This document shows, in pieces, positions 1 to 9,406 of a stretch of 64,000 nt of DNA. The DNA is taken from positions 1,721-65,720 of the forward strand of contig CAKOLH010000003.1 of the NCBI GenBank assembly GCA_934096105.1, read 5' to 3'. Position numbers and translations under genes: made by a program. The notes under the pieces are model-generated. The model worked only from the letters and a program-made list of their open reading frames with translations. It ran no database searches and was not told the DNA's origin. This DNA comes from an uncultured Bacilli bacterium. Lineage in GTDB: Bacteria > Bacillota_I > Bacilli_A > RF39 > UBA660. The stretch's first letter is position 1, and each line of letters begins with the position of its first letter.

Positions 1-536
1 TTAAACATAGCACTAACCAAATAAGTTTTACCGCATCCAAAATTGCCTGCTAAATATAAGCCCTTACATTTTTCGTTATTTTCATATTTTTTAATAAAAG
101 TTGTAAGCCATTTAATAGCATCGAGTCTCTTCGTATCATCAGTATAAATATTCTTCATTGAAGCCTCAAGAATAGCCTTTGGCATATCAAACAAACTAAT
201 ATTATTTTGATATTCTGTGTCTTTATCAAGTTTCTTCTTATATTTACAAGGTACATAAGAAAATACTATGTTTTCTTCTTGTACTTCAGGATAGTAGACA
301 TGACCAACAACAGAATTTTTACATTCCATAATATTTTTACAATTAGCACAGTTTTTAAGTTCCAAAGAAGAATCTTTAATTAAAGAGGTATATTTCATTA
401 TTTCATCTTTAGGAAGTTTAATTTTACTTACAATCTTTTTAAATGTATCATCTTCCATTTCTTCATCAAAATTTCTCTCTAAATCTATATTATTAAATCT
501 ATAATTATTTTGAATAACATCTTTTATTTCTTTCAT
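1..536 (-). CDS. dnaI: helicase loader DnaI, N-terminal ~178 aa (remainder lies beyond the window start)
   Basis: Not in ORF track because it is open at the window edge. The minus-strand ATG at 536 overlaps the stop of the upstream dnaB-like gene (TAATG). The translation MKEIKDVIQNNYRF... has a Cys-rich N-domain (CANCKN..C) and reaches Walker A GLYLAGNFGCGKTYL near nt 60-15. Confidence 0.75.
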   Translation of the reverse strand, partial: MKEIKDVIQNNYRFNNIDLERNFDEEMEDDTFKKIVSKIKLPKDEIMKYTSLIKDSSLELKNCANCKNIMECKNSVVGHVYYPEVQEENIVFSYVPCKYKKKLDKDTEYQNNISLFDMPKAILEASMKNIYTDDTKRLDAIKWLTTFIKKYENNEKCKGLYLAGNFGCGKTYLVSAMF

Positions 537-1822
537 TATTTATACTCCTTTAATAGTTCTTCTAATTGATTTTCTTCGCCATCAGAAACATTAGATTTAT
601 TTATTTCTTTATCAAACCAATCAGGAGTTTTCATATTAACATTATCTTCTTTATAATTTCTTTTTGAGGATTTTTTATGTACTTTTTCGCAGTTATTCAT
701 TGCATCCTCTACTGTTTCTATACCTTTTCTTTGCCATTCACCAGCAATTGTTTCAACGAATCCTCTTGTTAACTTCTTATTATTTACATTAATTGCATAG
801 TCAAGTAGAACATTAACTACTCCTGGTTTTAATTTATAATCGACAAGTAAATCTTCAATTAATTTTAAATCTCTACGAGTGGGTTCATTACCATTATTTT
901 TATTTATTAAAAGTTCTCTTGGAGAAATAGTTTCAAATGTATATATCATTTTAGCCCTTCTTGAAGTATCACCAATCGGTTTTCTTAAGTATTCAGGTTG
1001 ATTATTATCTATAATTGTAGGAAGTAAACCACCATTGTTAAACTGATAGAAGTTTCTTGAATTTTTTCTTAAACTTTCACGATTAATAGTACCATTGTCA
1101 TTAAGTGAAACTTTAACAATATTAGCCATCTTAATAGCATCAATATCATATATAAATGAAAGATTAATAATAAGTTCCTTAATATCTTTAGAGAACATCT
1201 TACTAGTATCTAGATTCTTTGGCATTGAACTAATAAGAAAATTAAAGTCAAAATTACTATTAATATTAAGTTTAAGTTTATTATACTTTCTAATATCCTC
1301 AAGTGACAAGTCATAAGATGTCATACTAGTACTTTCAAAGACATCATTAAAACTTTTAGTAATATCTTTATAATTAGAGGTATTTAATCTTGGTACTTTA
1401 AATGCTTTAACTAAATTATCATATTCTCTCTTACCAACATTACTATATAAGACAATATTAAGTATTGGATGAGATAAAAATTCACTAGCACTGACAGGAC
1501 TAAAAATTTCATATATATAATTATTAACATTTCCTTCTTTAATAAATGCTTTAATAAGTCCTATAGCCTCAAGTTTATCAAAAGAAGTTTGTAATTCATT
1601 AATAGTTATTCTAAGTGAAGACACTAATTTTTGATGCGAAAACTCACTACTTAATATTTCTGAATTATCCAAATCAGCCCATAAAGTAAAGTATAACATC
1701 ACAGCATCAGTACCAATAATAGGAAGATATAAACTAGTTATAATTTTCCTATCCTCATTATGAAGAATAGTTTTATTTACTACAACATAAGTATCCGCAG
1801 GTACCAAATTATACTTTTCCAT
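536..1822 (-). CDS. dnaB: replication initiation/membrane attachment protein, DnaB(Bsu)/DnaD-domain family
   Basis: 428-aa ORF. The N-terminal YLPIIGTDAVMLYFTLW motif is typical of DnaD/DnaB_2 domains. It lies immediately upstream of, and is translationally coupled to, dnaI, as in the Bacillus dnaB-dnaI operon. Confidence 0.7.
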   Translation of the reverse strand: MEKYNLVPADTYVVVNKTILHNEDRKIITSLYLPIIGTDAVMLYFTLWADLDNSEILSSEFSHQKLVSSLRITINELQTSFDKLEAIGLIKAFIKEGNVNNYIYEIFSPVSASEFLSHPILNIVLYSNVGKREYDNLVKAFKVPRLNTSNYKDITKSFNDVFESTSMTSYDLSLEDIRKYNKLKLNINSNFDFNFLISSMPKNLDTSKMFSKDIKELIINLSFIYDIDAIKMANIVKVSLNDNGTINRESLRKNSRNFYQFNNGGLLPTIIDNNQPEYLRKPIGDTSRRAKMIYTFETISPRELLINKNNGNEPTRRDLKLIEDLLVDYKLKPGVVNVLLDYAINVNNKKLTRGFVETIAGEWQRKGIETVEDAMNNCEKVHKKSSKRNYKEDNVNMKTPDWFDKEINKSNVSDGEENQLEELLKEYK

Positions 1823-2131
1823 AAAACCAATCCTTCCTCAACATTATTGTATAATAAAAAGAGCTAAAAGTAAAGGAAAAATAAATATGTTTTACAGGCC
1901 ATTTTTTACTAAAAAATATCATCAAAATAAATATATTTACATACTTAAGTGTAAAATTTTAAAAAAATTTAATAATAAATTAAAGACAAAAAAAGCCTCA
2001 AAAGAAGATTTTGAATATAATAAGTTTTCCAAAACAAATTTTTAATACAGAAAGCGGCAACAAAACCTTATTTTAAGCCATTTGACCTAGTAACATTTAT
2101 ATGATAATGTACTCATCAGGAGGCAATTAAT

Positions 2132-3037
2132 ATGTTAAACTGTGATTATTATAATGAAATAAAAAACGAACTAATAAATAATGAAGTATATAAAAGAGTA
2201 AAAGATTATTCAAAGAATAGAAATGAACTTAGTACCTATTACAATGTTGGTAAGTTACTAAGTGAGGCAGGAAAACATTATGGTGAAGGAATAATTGAAA
2301 ACTATTCAAAAAATTTAGTTATTGATGTTGGCAAAAAATACAATAAAAGAACACTTTTTAGAATTAAACAATTTTATAATTTAATTGAAAAACAAAAAGT
2401 GTCGCCACTGGCGACACAATTGACATGGTCTCATTATTGTGAATTATTATCCATTAAAGATATAAATGAAATCAATTACTATATAAATATTTCTGAAAAG
2501 CAAAATCTAAGTAAAAGACAACTTAGGGAAAAAATAAAATCTAAAGAATATCAAAGATTAGATGATAATACTAAATTAAAGTTAATAAATAAAGAAGAAA
2601 TAGTAGTAAGTGATTTTATAAAAAATCCTATAATTATAAGAAATAAATATAATGTAGATAAAGAACATATGACAGAAAAAATATTACAAAGATTAATACT
2701 CGAAGATATAGAAAACTTCTTATTAGAGTTAGGAGATGGATTTTCCTTCATTAAAAGTGAATACAAAATTAAAATAGGAAATACCTATAATTATATAGAT
2801 TTATTATTATTTAATTATATTTATAATTGCTTTGTAGTAATAGAACTAAAAGTAACAGAATTAAAAAAAGAACATATTGGCCAAATTGAGGTCTATATGA
2901 ACTATGTAGATAAAAATATTAAAACTATAAATCAAGATAAAACTATTGGAGTAATAATTTGTAAAAAAGATAATGGCTACTATATAGAATACTCCAGTGA
3001 TAGCAGAATCTATCATAAAGAATATATCTTGAACTAA
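2132..3037 (+). CDS. YhcG/DUF1016-type PDDEXK nuclease-domain protein
   Basis: 301-aa ORF with SD aggagg upstream. The C-terminal IDLLLFNYIYNCFVVIELKVTELKKEHIGQIEVYMNYV matches the D..(D/E)xK core pattern of the YhcG family. Confidence 0.65.
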   Translation: MLNCDYYNEIKNELINNEVYKRVKDYSKNRNELSTYYNVGKLLSEAGKHYGEGIIENYSKNLVIDVGKKYNKRTLFRIKQFYNLIEKQKVSPLATQLTWSHYCELLSIKDINEINYYINISEKQNLSKRQLREKIKSKEYQRLDDNTKLKLINKEEIVVSDFIKNPIIIRNKYNVDKEHMTEKILQRLILEDIENFLLELGDGFSFIKSEYKIKIGNTYNYIDLLLFNYIYNCFVVIELKVTELKKEHIGQIEVYMNYVDKNIKTINQDKTIGVIICKKDNGYYIEYSSDSRIYHKEYILN

Positions 3038-3702
3038 TCTTTACAATTTCTAATAATAATAGTGCTAAGAATAACCAGGAAAATACCTATTATCAAGATA
3101 TATAAATTATAACTATTCAAAATATTTACAAAGATGTTCGCAGACATATGAATAACAATAGGTATCAAAATATCTTTCTTTTTTAAATATAAATATGCAT
3201 TAACCATACCAATAATAAAAGCATATATACAAGTAGTAATTCCTGTATGACAGATAGCAAATACCAAAGAGGAAATAAAAATTATCATTTTTTGACTATT
3301 AAATTTTTTCAAACTATTAATAAAACTATACCTAAACAAAGTTTCCTCAAATACAGGCCCCACAATTCCAGATACTATAATATTAAGAAAAATATTTATA
3401 TCCACTGTAACATTATTGCCCAGTCCCATTGCAAACAAAACCATATTGTAACTAGTAGTAATACCAATACCCATTAATACATAAGGGAAAAGATTATGCT
3501 TCCCTATAGGAGGGTTACTTTTCCTAAATTTAAAAATAACATACAAAATTTCAACAATGCAAACAAGTATAGTACCAATTACAATAGACCTATCTTTGCC
3601 CAAGCAAACAATACAAGCAATAAGTACAGCATATTGCAAAACAAACATTATAAATATCTCTTTAAAAGACAAAATAAGCAATTTTAAATATTTCATAAAC
3701 AC
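3034..3702 (-). CDS. CPBP (CAAX-type) intramembrane metalloprotease family protein
   Basis: 222-aa polytopic ORF with FEETLFRY (EExxxR), FAICH and HMSAN motifs characteristic of CPBP/Abi-type proteases. Confidence 0.75.
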   Translation of the reverse strand: MFMKYLKLLILSFKEIFIMFVLQYAVLIACIVCLGKDRSIVIGTILVCIVEILYVIFKFRKSNPPIGKHNLFPYVLMGIGITTSYNMVLFAMGLGNNVTVDINIFLNIIVSGIVGPVFEETLFRYSFINSLKKFNSQKMIIFISSLVFAICHTGITTCIYAFIIGMVNAYLYLKKKDILIPIVIHMSANIFVNILNSYNLYILIIGIFLVILSTIIIRNCKD

Positions 3703-3759
3703 CTCATAATAAAAAATAAGATAGCCATTAAGTACTTCTAAGCTGTCTTATATAATAAT

Positions 3760-3972
3760 TTAAGCCTTTACATTAGTAACTGCTAGAACATTAATTGCTT
3801 GTAATCCTTTAGCAGTTTCGATAAGATCAAATTCAACTATTTGTCCTTCAGATAATGTTTTGTAACCATCTTGTTTAATTGCAGAATAATGAACGAAAAT
3901 ATCTTCACTATTTGGATTGTCAATAAATCCATAGCCTTTGTCGTTATTGAACCACTTAACTCTTCCTTGCAT
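3760..3972 (-). CDS. cold-shock domain protein (CspA family)
   Basis: [17 protein letters not shown]...FVHYSAI RNP motifs. I prefer the ATG at 3972 because the GTG at 3981 in the track lies inside the SD gaggtg. A long upstream untranslated region follows, as is usual for csp genes. Confidence 0.9.
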   Translation of the reverse strand: MQGRVKWFNNDKGYGFIDNPNSEDIFVHYSAIKQDGYKTLSEGQIVEFDLIETAKGLQAINVLAVTNVKA

Positions 3973-4227
3973 CCTTGCCACCTCACTTTTCTGTTCTTTC
4001 TTACAAGAATATTATAATATACTGCCCGGTGATTTTGCAAACAAATTAGTAAGACAAAAATCGATAAAAAATTCTTCTAAGTTGAACTTTACTGCAAGCA
4101 AGATAATCATAACATCATTTAGGACTATAAAGGTTTAAAAATTGAATTTTAATAGAAAGATGTTCCTACCAACTATATAGTTAACTACAAGTAAATACCC
4201 AAAATAAAAATAAAAAAGTAGATTTCT

Positions 4228-5106
4228 CTACTTAATTTCAATATTCATAATTTCTAATATTCTATTCAAATCATTAACGTTTTCAAAATAAATATTAATT
4301 TTTTTATTATCCACTTTAACTTTGGTACCAAGTATGTCTCTAAGTTCATTTTCTACGTTAGTATAATCGGTATTTCTTTCTCTTCTGGTTATAGGAACTC
4401 TCTTCTTAATTTCCTCGTTTTTACTAATTTCTTCAATTTCATGGACACTAAGACCTTCGTTAATAATTTTTTTAGCTAAATCAGTAATTTTACTATCATC
4501 TTCCATTTTAGACAAAACTCTAGCATGTCCCATAGAAAGTTCTCCATTTAAAATCATTTTTTGAACTTCTTCAGGTAGATTAAGTAGCCCCAAAGTATTG
4601 GTAATATGACTTCTGCTTTTTCCTATTCTAAGAGCAAGATCCTCTTGCCTAATATCCAAGTTATCAATAATTTCCTTATAGGCCCAAGCAAGTTCAATAG
4701 CGGTAAGATTTTCCCTTTGAATATTTTCTAGTAGTGCAATTTCTCTCATTTCGTCATCAGAAAAATCTTTTACAATCGCAGGTATTTTGTCTAATCCTGC
4801 CATTTTACTAGCCCTAAGTCTTCTTTCACCAGCTATTAAATCATAACCACGAATCCCCTTTTTAACAATAATAGGTTGAAATACACCATGGTTTTTAATT
4901 GATTCAGATAATTCTCTTAGAGCCTCCTCATTAAAACTCTTTCTGGGTTGATAAGGATTTGGTCTAATTTCATTAACAGGAATATCTTGAATTTCATTAG
5001 TAGTAGCATTTTCCATTATATTACTTTCAAAAGTATCAAAATCAAGAACCTCTGTTGAAAATAGTTCCTCAAGTCCCCTACCCAACGCTTTCTTCTTTTG
5101 TTCCAT
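4228..5106 (-). CDS. parB: chromosome partitioning protein ParB/Spo0J
   Basis: ALGRGLEELF, PNPYQPRK, IAGERRLRA, LSMGHAR and a C-terminal ..NDLNRILE motif; close in pattern to B. subtilis Spo0J. Confidence 0.9.
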   Translation of the reverse strand: MEQKKKALGRGLEELFSTEVLDFDTFESNIMENATTNEIQDIPVNEIRPNPYQPRKSFNEEALRELSESIKNHGVFQPIIVKKGIRGYDLIAGERRLRASKMAGLDKIPAIVKDFSDDEMREIALLENIQRENLTAIELAWAYKEIIDNLDIRQEDLALRIGKSRSHITNTLGLLNLPEEVQKMILNGELSMGHARVLSKMEDDSKITDLAKKIINEGLSVHEIEEISKNEEIKKRVPITRRERNTDYTNVENELRDILGTKVKVDNKKINIYFENVNDLNRILEIMNIEIK

Positions 5107-5890
5107 TTCTATCTATAACCTCCTTAGCTAAATTTAGATATGCTATAGTACCTTTATTTCTAGGTTCATATTCGAGTATTGGTTTACCATGACTAGGAGC
5201 CTCAGCAAGTCTTACTAGTCTTGGAATAATTGTATCATATACTCTCTCCTTAAAGAATCCTTTAATACTTTCAATGACTTCAACACCCAAATTAGTGTTA
5301 GAAAACATTGTAAGAAGAACTCCCTCAATATCTAAGTTAGGATTAACTTTTCTCTGTGCTAACATAATTGTATTAATAAGTTGCATAATACCTTCAAGAG
5401 CAAAATACTCACACTGAACTGGTATTAAAACAGAGTCAGCAGCAGCTAGTGCATTAGTAGTAAGAATACCAAGAGATGGTGGACAATCAATAAATATAAA
5501 ATCATAATTATCTTTTACCTTAGATAGTTCATCCTTTAATCTTGTTACCCTATTGAATTTAGCCCCAGTTTCTTTAGCCTTTCTTTCTAATTCAATAAGT
5601 TCCATATCTACTCCTGCTAAATTAAGATAAGCAGGAAGCAAAGATAAATTTTTACTTTTAGTTTTTATTATTGAATCAAAAATAGATTTTTTCATAGTAA
5701 GTACTTCATATATACTACTAGATATATCACCTTTATTTATTCCAACTCCAGTAGTAGCATTTCCCTGCGGATCTAAATCTACAAGTAATACTTTTTTATT
5801 TAAAACACCAAGTGAAGCAGCCAAATTAATACTAGTAGTGGTCTTCCCTACTCCACCTTTTTGGTTTACGATTGCTATAATTTTTCCCAT
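5078..5890 (-). CDS. parA: chromosome partitioning ATPase ParA/Soj
   Basis: Deviant Walker A NQKGGVGKTTT and DCPPSLG; overlaps the parB start by 29 nt. Confidence 0.92.
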   Translation of the reverse strand: MGKIIAIVNQKGGVGKTTTSINLAASLGVLNKKVLLVDLDPQGNATTGVGINKGDISSSIYEVLTMKKSIFDSIIKTKSKNLSLLPAYLNLAGVDMELIELERKAKETGAKFNRVTRLKDELSKVKDNYDFIFIDCPPSLGILTTNALAAADSVLIPVQCEYFALEGIMQLINTIMLAQRKVNPNLDIEGVLLTMFSNTNLGVEVIESIKGFFKERVYDTIIPRLVRLAEAPSHGKPILEYEPRNKGTIAYLNLAKEVIDRNGTKEESVG

Positions 5891-5992
5891 ATAATGTCAC
5901 CTTATTTTCCTCAAATATAATTGTATCAAAAAATATCGAAAAAAGGAAGTAGTTTTTTGTATTTATTTCACTTCGTACTTCGTTACTCAGTG

Positions 5993-6020
5993 TTTTCTGA
6001 AGCCTAAGGTCTTCAGAAAA
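5993..6020. repeat. palindromic unit A (ttttctgaag|cctaaggt|cttcagaaaa)
   Basis: Perfect 10-bp arms around the conserved core. It lies between the parA start and the rpmH promoter. A weaker 6-bp hairpin follows at 6023-6041. Confidence 0.85.
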
Positions 6021-6042
6021 ATAATTTTTGTTAGGAAAATTC

Positions 6043-6071
6043 TTGACATAAACGAAATAAAACTATATAAT
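6043..6071 (+). promoter_or_regulatory. sigma-A type promoter of rpmH
   Basis: TTGACA (6043-6048), 17-nt spacer, TATAAT (6066-6071), about 34 nt upstream of the rpmH ATG. Confidence 0.7.
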
Positions 6072-6104
6072 AAAGTAGCATTTGACTTGGAGGTGTATTA
6101 TATA

Positions 6105-6227
6105 ATGAAAAGAACTTATCAACCTAATAACAGAAAAAAAGCTAAAAAGCATGGTTTCTTTGCTAGAATTAAAGGTAATGTTTTAAAAAGTAGAAGAAAT
6201 AAAAAAAGAAAAAAATTATGTGCATAA
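6105..6227 (+). CDS. rpmH: 50S ribosomal protein L34
   Basis: Not in ORF track (40 aa). [40 protein letters not shown] with SD ggaggtg upstream; followed by rnpA. Confidence 0.93.
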   Translation: MKRTYQPNNRKKAKKHGFFARIKGNVLKSRRNKKRKKLCA

Positions 6228-6265
6228 TTTTGTTTTCTTTTTTATTTTTTTATATCTAATTTAAT

Positions 6266-6589
6266 ATGAAAAAGATAGAAATAATTAAATCATCAAGAGA
6301 ATATACTGAAATAATCAATACTAATATTTGCAGAAGAAGCAAATATTTTAGTATATATTATCGTAAAAATGATGATGAAAATAAATATGGTATTACTATT
6401 CCTAAAAAGACAGGAACAGCAGTAATAAGAAATAAAATAAAGAGAAGGGTAAAAAACATTATTGATAATAATAAAAATATAGTGCAAAAAGGCTATGACT
6501 ATGTTATAATTGTTAAGAAAGGCATAGTGGATTTAACATACCAAGACATGGAAAAAGAATTGTTAAAACTACTAAGTAAGGGTGATTAA
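6266..6589 (+). CDS. rnpA: ribonuclease P protein component
   Basis: 107-aa basic ORF in the conserved rpmH-rnpA-yidC position, with an RNKIKRRVK motif. Confidence 0.85.
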   Translation: MKKIEIIKSSREYTEIINTNICRRSKYFSIYYRKNDDENKYGITIPKKTGTAVIRNKIKRRVKNIIDNNKNIVQKGYDYVIIVKKGIVDLTYQDMEKELLKLLSKGD

Positions 6590-7541
6590 TTTGAAACAAG
6601 AAAAAAAAGCATTTAAAATAGTACTAATTATCCTAAGTTTAGTTATGCTAACAGGATGTACTAAAACATTAACAGGAGAAGATAAAAAAGCTGTAAAATA
6701 TGAAGAAACTGGTAAGACTTTAACTGAAAATATTCTTTGTAAGCCAACAAATAAAGATGTAATAGAAATATACAAAGAAAATAAAGTAGATGTAGATAAA
6801 TTGCCAAATTGTGAAAGCTTCAAACCTTTTTCTGAATACGAAGGGTTATGGACTACAGTATTTGTAAAACCATTAGCTTGGGTAATTATAAATATTGGTG
6901 TGCTTTTAGGTAAAACTGGTTTAAGTAAAGGGTTAGCAAATGGATTTGCAATTATTTTATCTTGCTTAGCAATAAGATTAATATTATATCCATTCACTAG
7001 AAAAACCGCAATGCAATCAGAAAAAATGAAAGAAGTTCAGCCGCAATTAGAAAAATTAGAAAAGAAATATAAAGATAAAACGAGTGAAGAAGATCAAAAG
7101 ATGAAGGCACAAGAAATGATGGTAATTTATCAAAAAAATAAAATAAATCCATTATCAAGTTGCTTACTATCATTCATTCAAATACCATTATTATTTTCAT
7201 TCCTTGAAGCAATAAATAGAACACCAGTAATATTTGAAAATAAATTTTTTAAGTTAGATATGGGAACTACAATATCACATGGAATAATGTCAAAGACATG
7301 GTATCTATATGTACTACTATTTGTTATTATTCTTGCAACATCATATCTATCATTTAGAAAAACATTAAAAGATCAAACTGGAATGGCTAAACAAATGAAA
7401 GGTACAATATATGTTATGCTTGCTATGATAGTAATAGCTTCATTTAGCTTGCCGGTTGCTCTTGGTTTATACTGGATAACATCATCATTATTTACAGTAG
7501 CTCAAAACTTAATTGTAGAAAGAAAGAAGGCAAAGAAGTAA
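6582..7541 (+). CDS. yidC: membrane protein insertase YidC (lipoprotein type)
   Basis: GTG start overlapping the rnpA stop. Lipobox LTGC, multi-pass 60-kDa-IMP-like core and a basic C-terminal tail. Confidence 0.88.
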   Translation: MINLKQEKKAFKIVLIILSLVMLTGCTKTLTGEDKKAVKYEETGKTLTENILCKPTNKDVIEIYKENKVDVDKLPNCESFKPFSEYEGLWTTVFVKPLAWVIINIGVLLGKTGLSKGLANGFAIILSCLAIRLILYPFTRKTAMQSEKMKEVQPQLEKLEKKYKDKTSEEDQKMKAQEMMVIYQKNKINPLSSCLLSFIQIPLLFSFLEAINRTPVIFENKFFKLDMGTTISHGIMSKTWYLYVLLFVIILATSYLSFRKTLKDQTGMAKQMKGTIYVMLAMIVIASFSLPVALGLYWITSSLFTVAQNLIVERKKAKK

Positions 7542-8152
7542 TGAATAAATATTATTTTGAAGGAAAAACAGAGGAACAAGCAATTAATCTTGCATTATAT
7601 GAATTAAATATATCCGAAGAAGATTTAATAGTAAATAATGTTGAGGATAAAAGTAGTTTATTAAAAAAGAATGTTAAAATAGAAGTATTAAAAATAAAAG
7701 AAATAATTTCATTCATCAAAGATACATTAAATAAAATGACTGAATTAATGGGAGCTAAATCAAATCTTGAAGTAAAAAGAAGAGAAAATAGTATTTCAGT
7801 TACAATATTCTCTGAAAACAATGCCATTCTTATTGGTAAGAATGGTAAGAATGTCGCTGCTCTTCAGTTACTAATAAGACAAATGGTAAACTCAAAGTTA
7901 AAAGAACCATTATCAATCATTATTGATGTTGGAAATTATAAAGAAAAAAGAGCAAGAAGTATCGAGTACTTAGCTAAAAAATTAGCAAGAGAGGCATACA
8001 AAACAAAAACAGAAGTAACTATGGATAGTATGAATTCTTATGAAAGAAGAATAGTACATGAAGCTTTAGCTAATGACAAATATGTTTATACAGAATCAAT
8101 TGGTGAAGAGCCAAATAGAAAAGTAGTAATTAAATTAAAAGAAAGTAAATAA
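7541..8152 (+). CDS. jag: Jag/SpoIIIJ-associated RNA-binding protein (KH + R3H)
   Basis: 203 aa with GKNGKNVAALQ (KH) and ERRIVHEAL (R3H); start overlaps the yidC stop. Confidence 0.88.
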   Translation: MNKYYFEGKTEEQAINLALYELNISEEDLIVNNVEDKSSLLKKNVKIEVLKIKEIISFIKDTLNKMTELMGAKSNLEVKRRENSISVTIFSENNAILIGKNGKNVAALQLLIRQMVNSKLKEPLSIIIDVGNYKEKRARSIEYLAKKLAREAYKTKTEVTMDSMNSYERRIVHEALANDKYVYTESIGEEPNRKVVIKLKESK

Positions 8153-8172
8153 GTGTAAAATACTTTCTTTTT
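8129..8172 (+). repeat. 44-bp direct repeat copy 1 (3' end of jag plus its terminator hairpin)
   Basis: attaaattaaaagaaagtaaataagtgtaaaatactttcttttt. It differs from copy 2 (9383-9426) by 4 transitions. It contains the stem aaagaaagta/tactttcttt followed by a T-run. Confidence 0.9.
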
Positions 8173-8207
8173 CCTTTTATATATTAAAAAAATATGATAC
8201 TATTGAA

Positions 8208-9047
8208 GTGGAGATGGTTACTATTAATAAAGAATTATATACATTAGCGGCTAAAAATGGTTTTGATTTAAGTAAGATTGGGGTAATGCCAGAAAGTAAG
8301 TTATACTCTTCCAAAAATATAAACAGAATAATATTTTCTTATGGTATTAGTAAAGCATCAGATAAAACCGATATGTCAATTGGAGATATTATAGGTTATG
8401 ATTACGAATGGCGAATAGGCACTACAGATGTAAATATATTATCGGGGTTTGAAAATTATTTTAATAAAGAAGGAACAAATTACCAAAACAGAAGCATAGG
8501 AATGCTTGATTATAGCAGCGATGAAGTGATAAAACAATTATGGAAAAGTTTTAGTAAAGAACCAATAACAGTAAGAGAGGCCGATGAAGGTAAGTTTATC
8601 ATAGATAATAATGGCTTACATAGATACACAATACTAAGATTACATTATTTAAATGAACTATCAAAAGCAAGTACCGAAGAAGAAAAACAACAAGTAAAAG
8701 CAAAATATACAATACCAGTAGAAAGAAAAACCATTGATTATGTAAAAACATATTGTAATTACTTATTAGATTATTTTTTTGATATTAGTTTATCACTAGA
8801 AGTAGATGAAAATTATAGATATACAGGAAAATCAACTATACATATAGATAAAAAAACTATATTAATGGATGATAATGAATTAATAAGATTCGTAAGAGAA
8901 AGTTTAACTAATTTACCTACTCAATACTTAAGTGACATAAATGAAGCGATACTAAAAAATAACTGTCAAAAATATCCGAGTTTTCAAAAGTTTATCCAAG
9001 ATAACTTAAGTGATATCCTTGAAGCAAACAAAGGGAGGAGTATATAA
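8208..9047 (+). CDS. hypothetical protein with ParB/Srx-like N-domain motif
   Basis: 279-aa ORF. PITVREADEGKFIIDNNGLHRYTILR resembles the ParB-like nuclease-domain DGxHR core. The rest is unrecognised. The start codon is ambiguous (GTG 8208 or ATG 8214). Confidence 0.45.
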   Translation: MEMVTINKELYTLAAKNGFDLSKIGVMPESKLYSSKNINRIIFSYGISKASDKTDMSIGDIIGYDYEWRIGTTDVNILSGFENYFNKEGTNYQNRSIGMLDYSSDEVIKQLWKSFSKEPITVREADEGKFIIDNNGLHRYTILRLHYLNELSKASTEEEKQQVKAKYTIPVERKTIDYVKTYCNYLLDYFFDISLSLEVDENYRYTGKSTIHIDKKTILMDDNELIRFVRESLTNLPTQYLSDINEAILKNNCQKYPSFQKFIQDNLSDILEANKGRSI

Positions 9048-9406
9048 TGTTTGAACTAGTAAATATAGATAGTAGTAATTTAAAAGAATTAGCATTAGCA
9101 GATACAGATGAAGTATACGCACTAAAAAAGGACAGCAAAATACTAGGATATGGAATAATAAATGAAACAAAGCCAAACAAAATAGAATTATCAATATTAG
9201 AAGAATATCGTAGTAATGGTTATGGAGAAATATTATTTAAACTACTTATAGAAAAACTAAAAGAAAAAAATTACAAAGATATAATATTAACTATATCAAA
9301 AGAAAATATACCAATGAAAAATATAATCGAAGCCCAAAGTGGTCTTCTAATATCAAATAATAAAGATAATATAAAATATATAATCAAACTAAAAGAGAGT
9401 GAATAA
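9047..9406 (+). CDS. small GNAT-family N-acetyltransferase
   Basis: 119 aa with an acetyl-CoA loop motif RSNGYGEILF; start overlaps the upstream stop (TAATG). Confidence 0.65.
   Translation: MFELVNIDSSNLKELALADTDEVYALKKDSKILGYGIINETKPNKIELSILEEYRSNGYGEILFKLLIEKLKEKNYKDIILTISKENIPMKNIIEAQSGLLISNNKDNIKYIIKLKESE

Noticed and set aside
1886-2044. 52-aa basic ORF in the dnaB-yhcG spacer
   Set aside because: It has no credible SD and an AT-rich, Lys/Asn-dominated composition, so it is likely noise.
5891-6104. Possible oriC or DnaA-box cluster in the parA-rpmH spacer
   Set aside because: No TTATCCACA/TGTGGATAA or close variants are seen. The spacer contains only palindromic unit A, a short tandem acttcgt duplication and the rpmH promoter.
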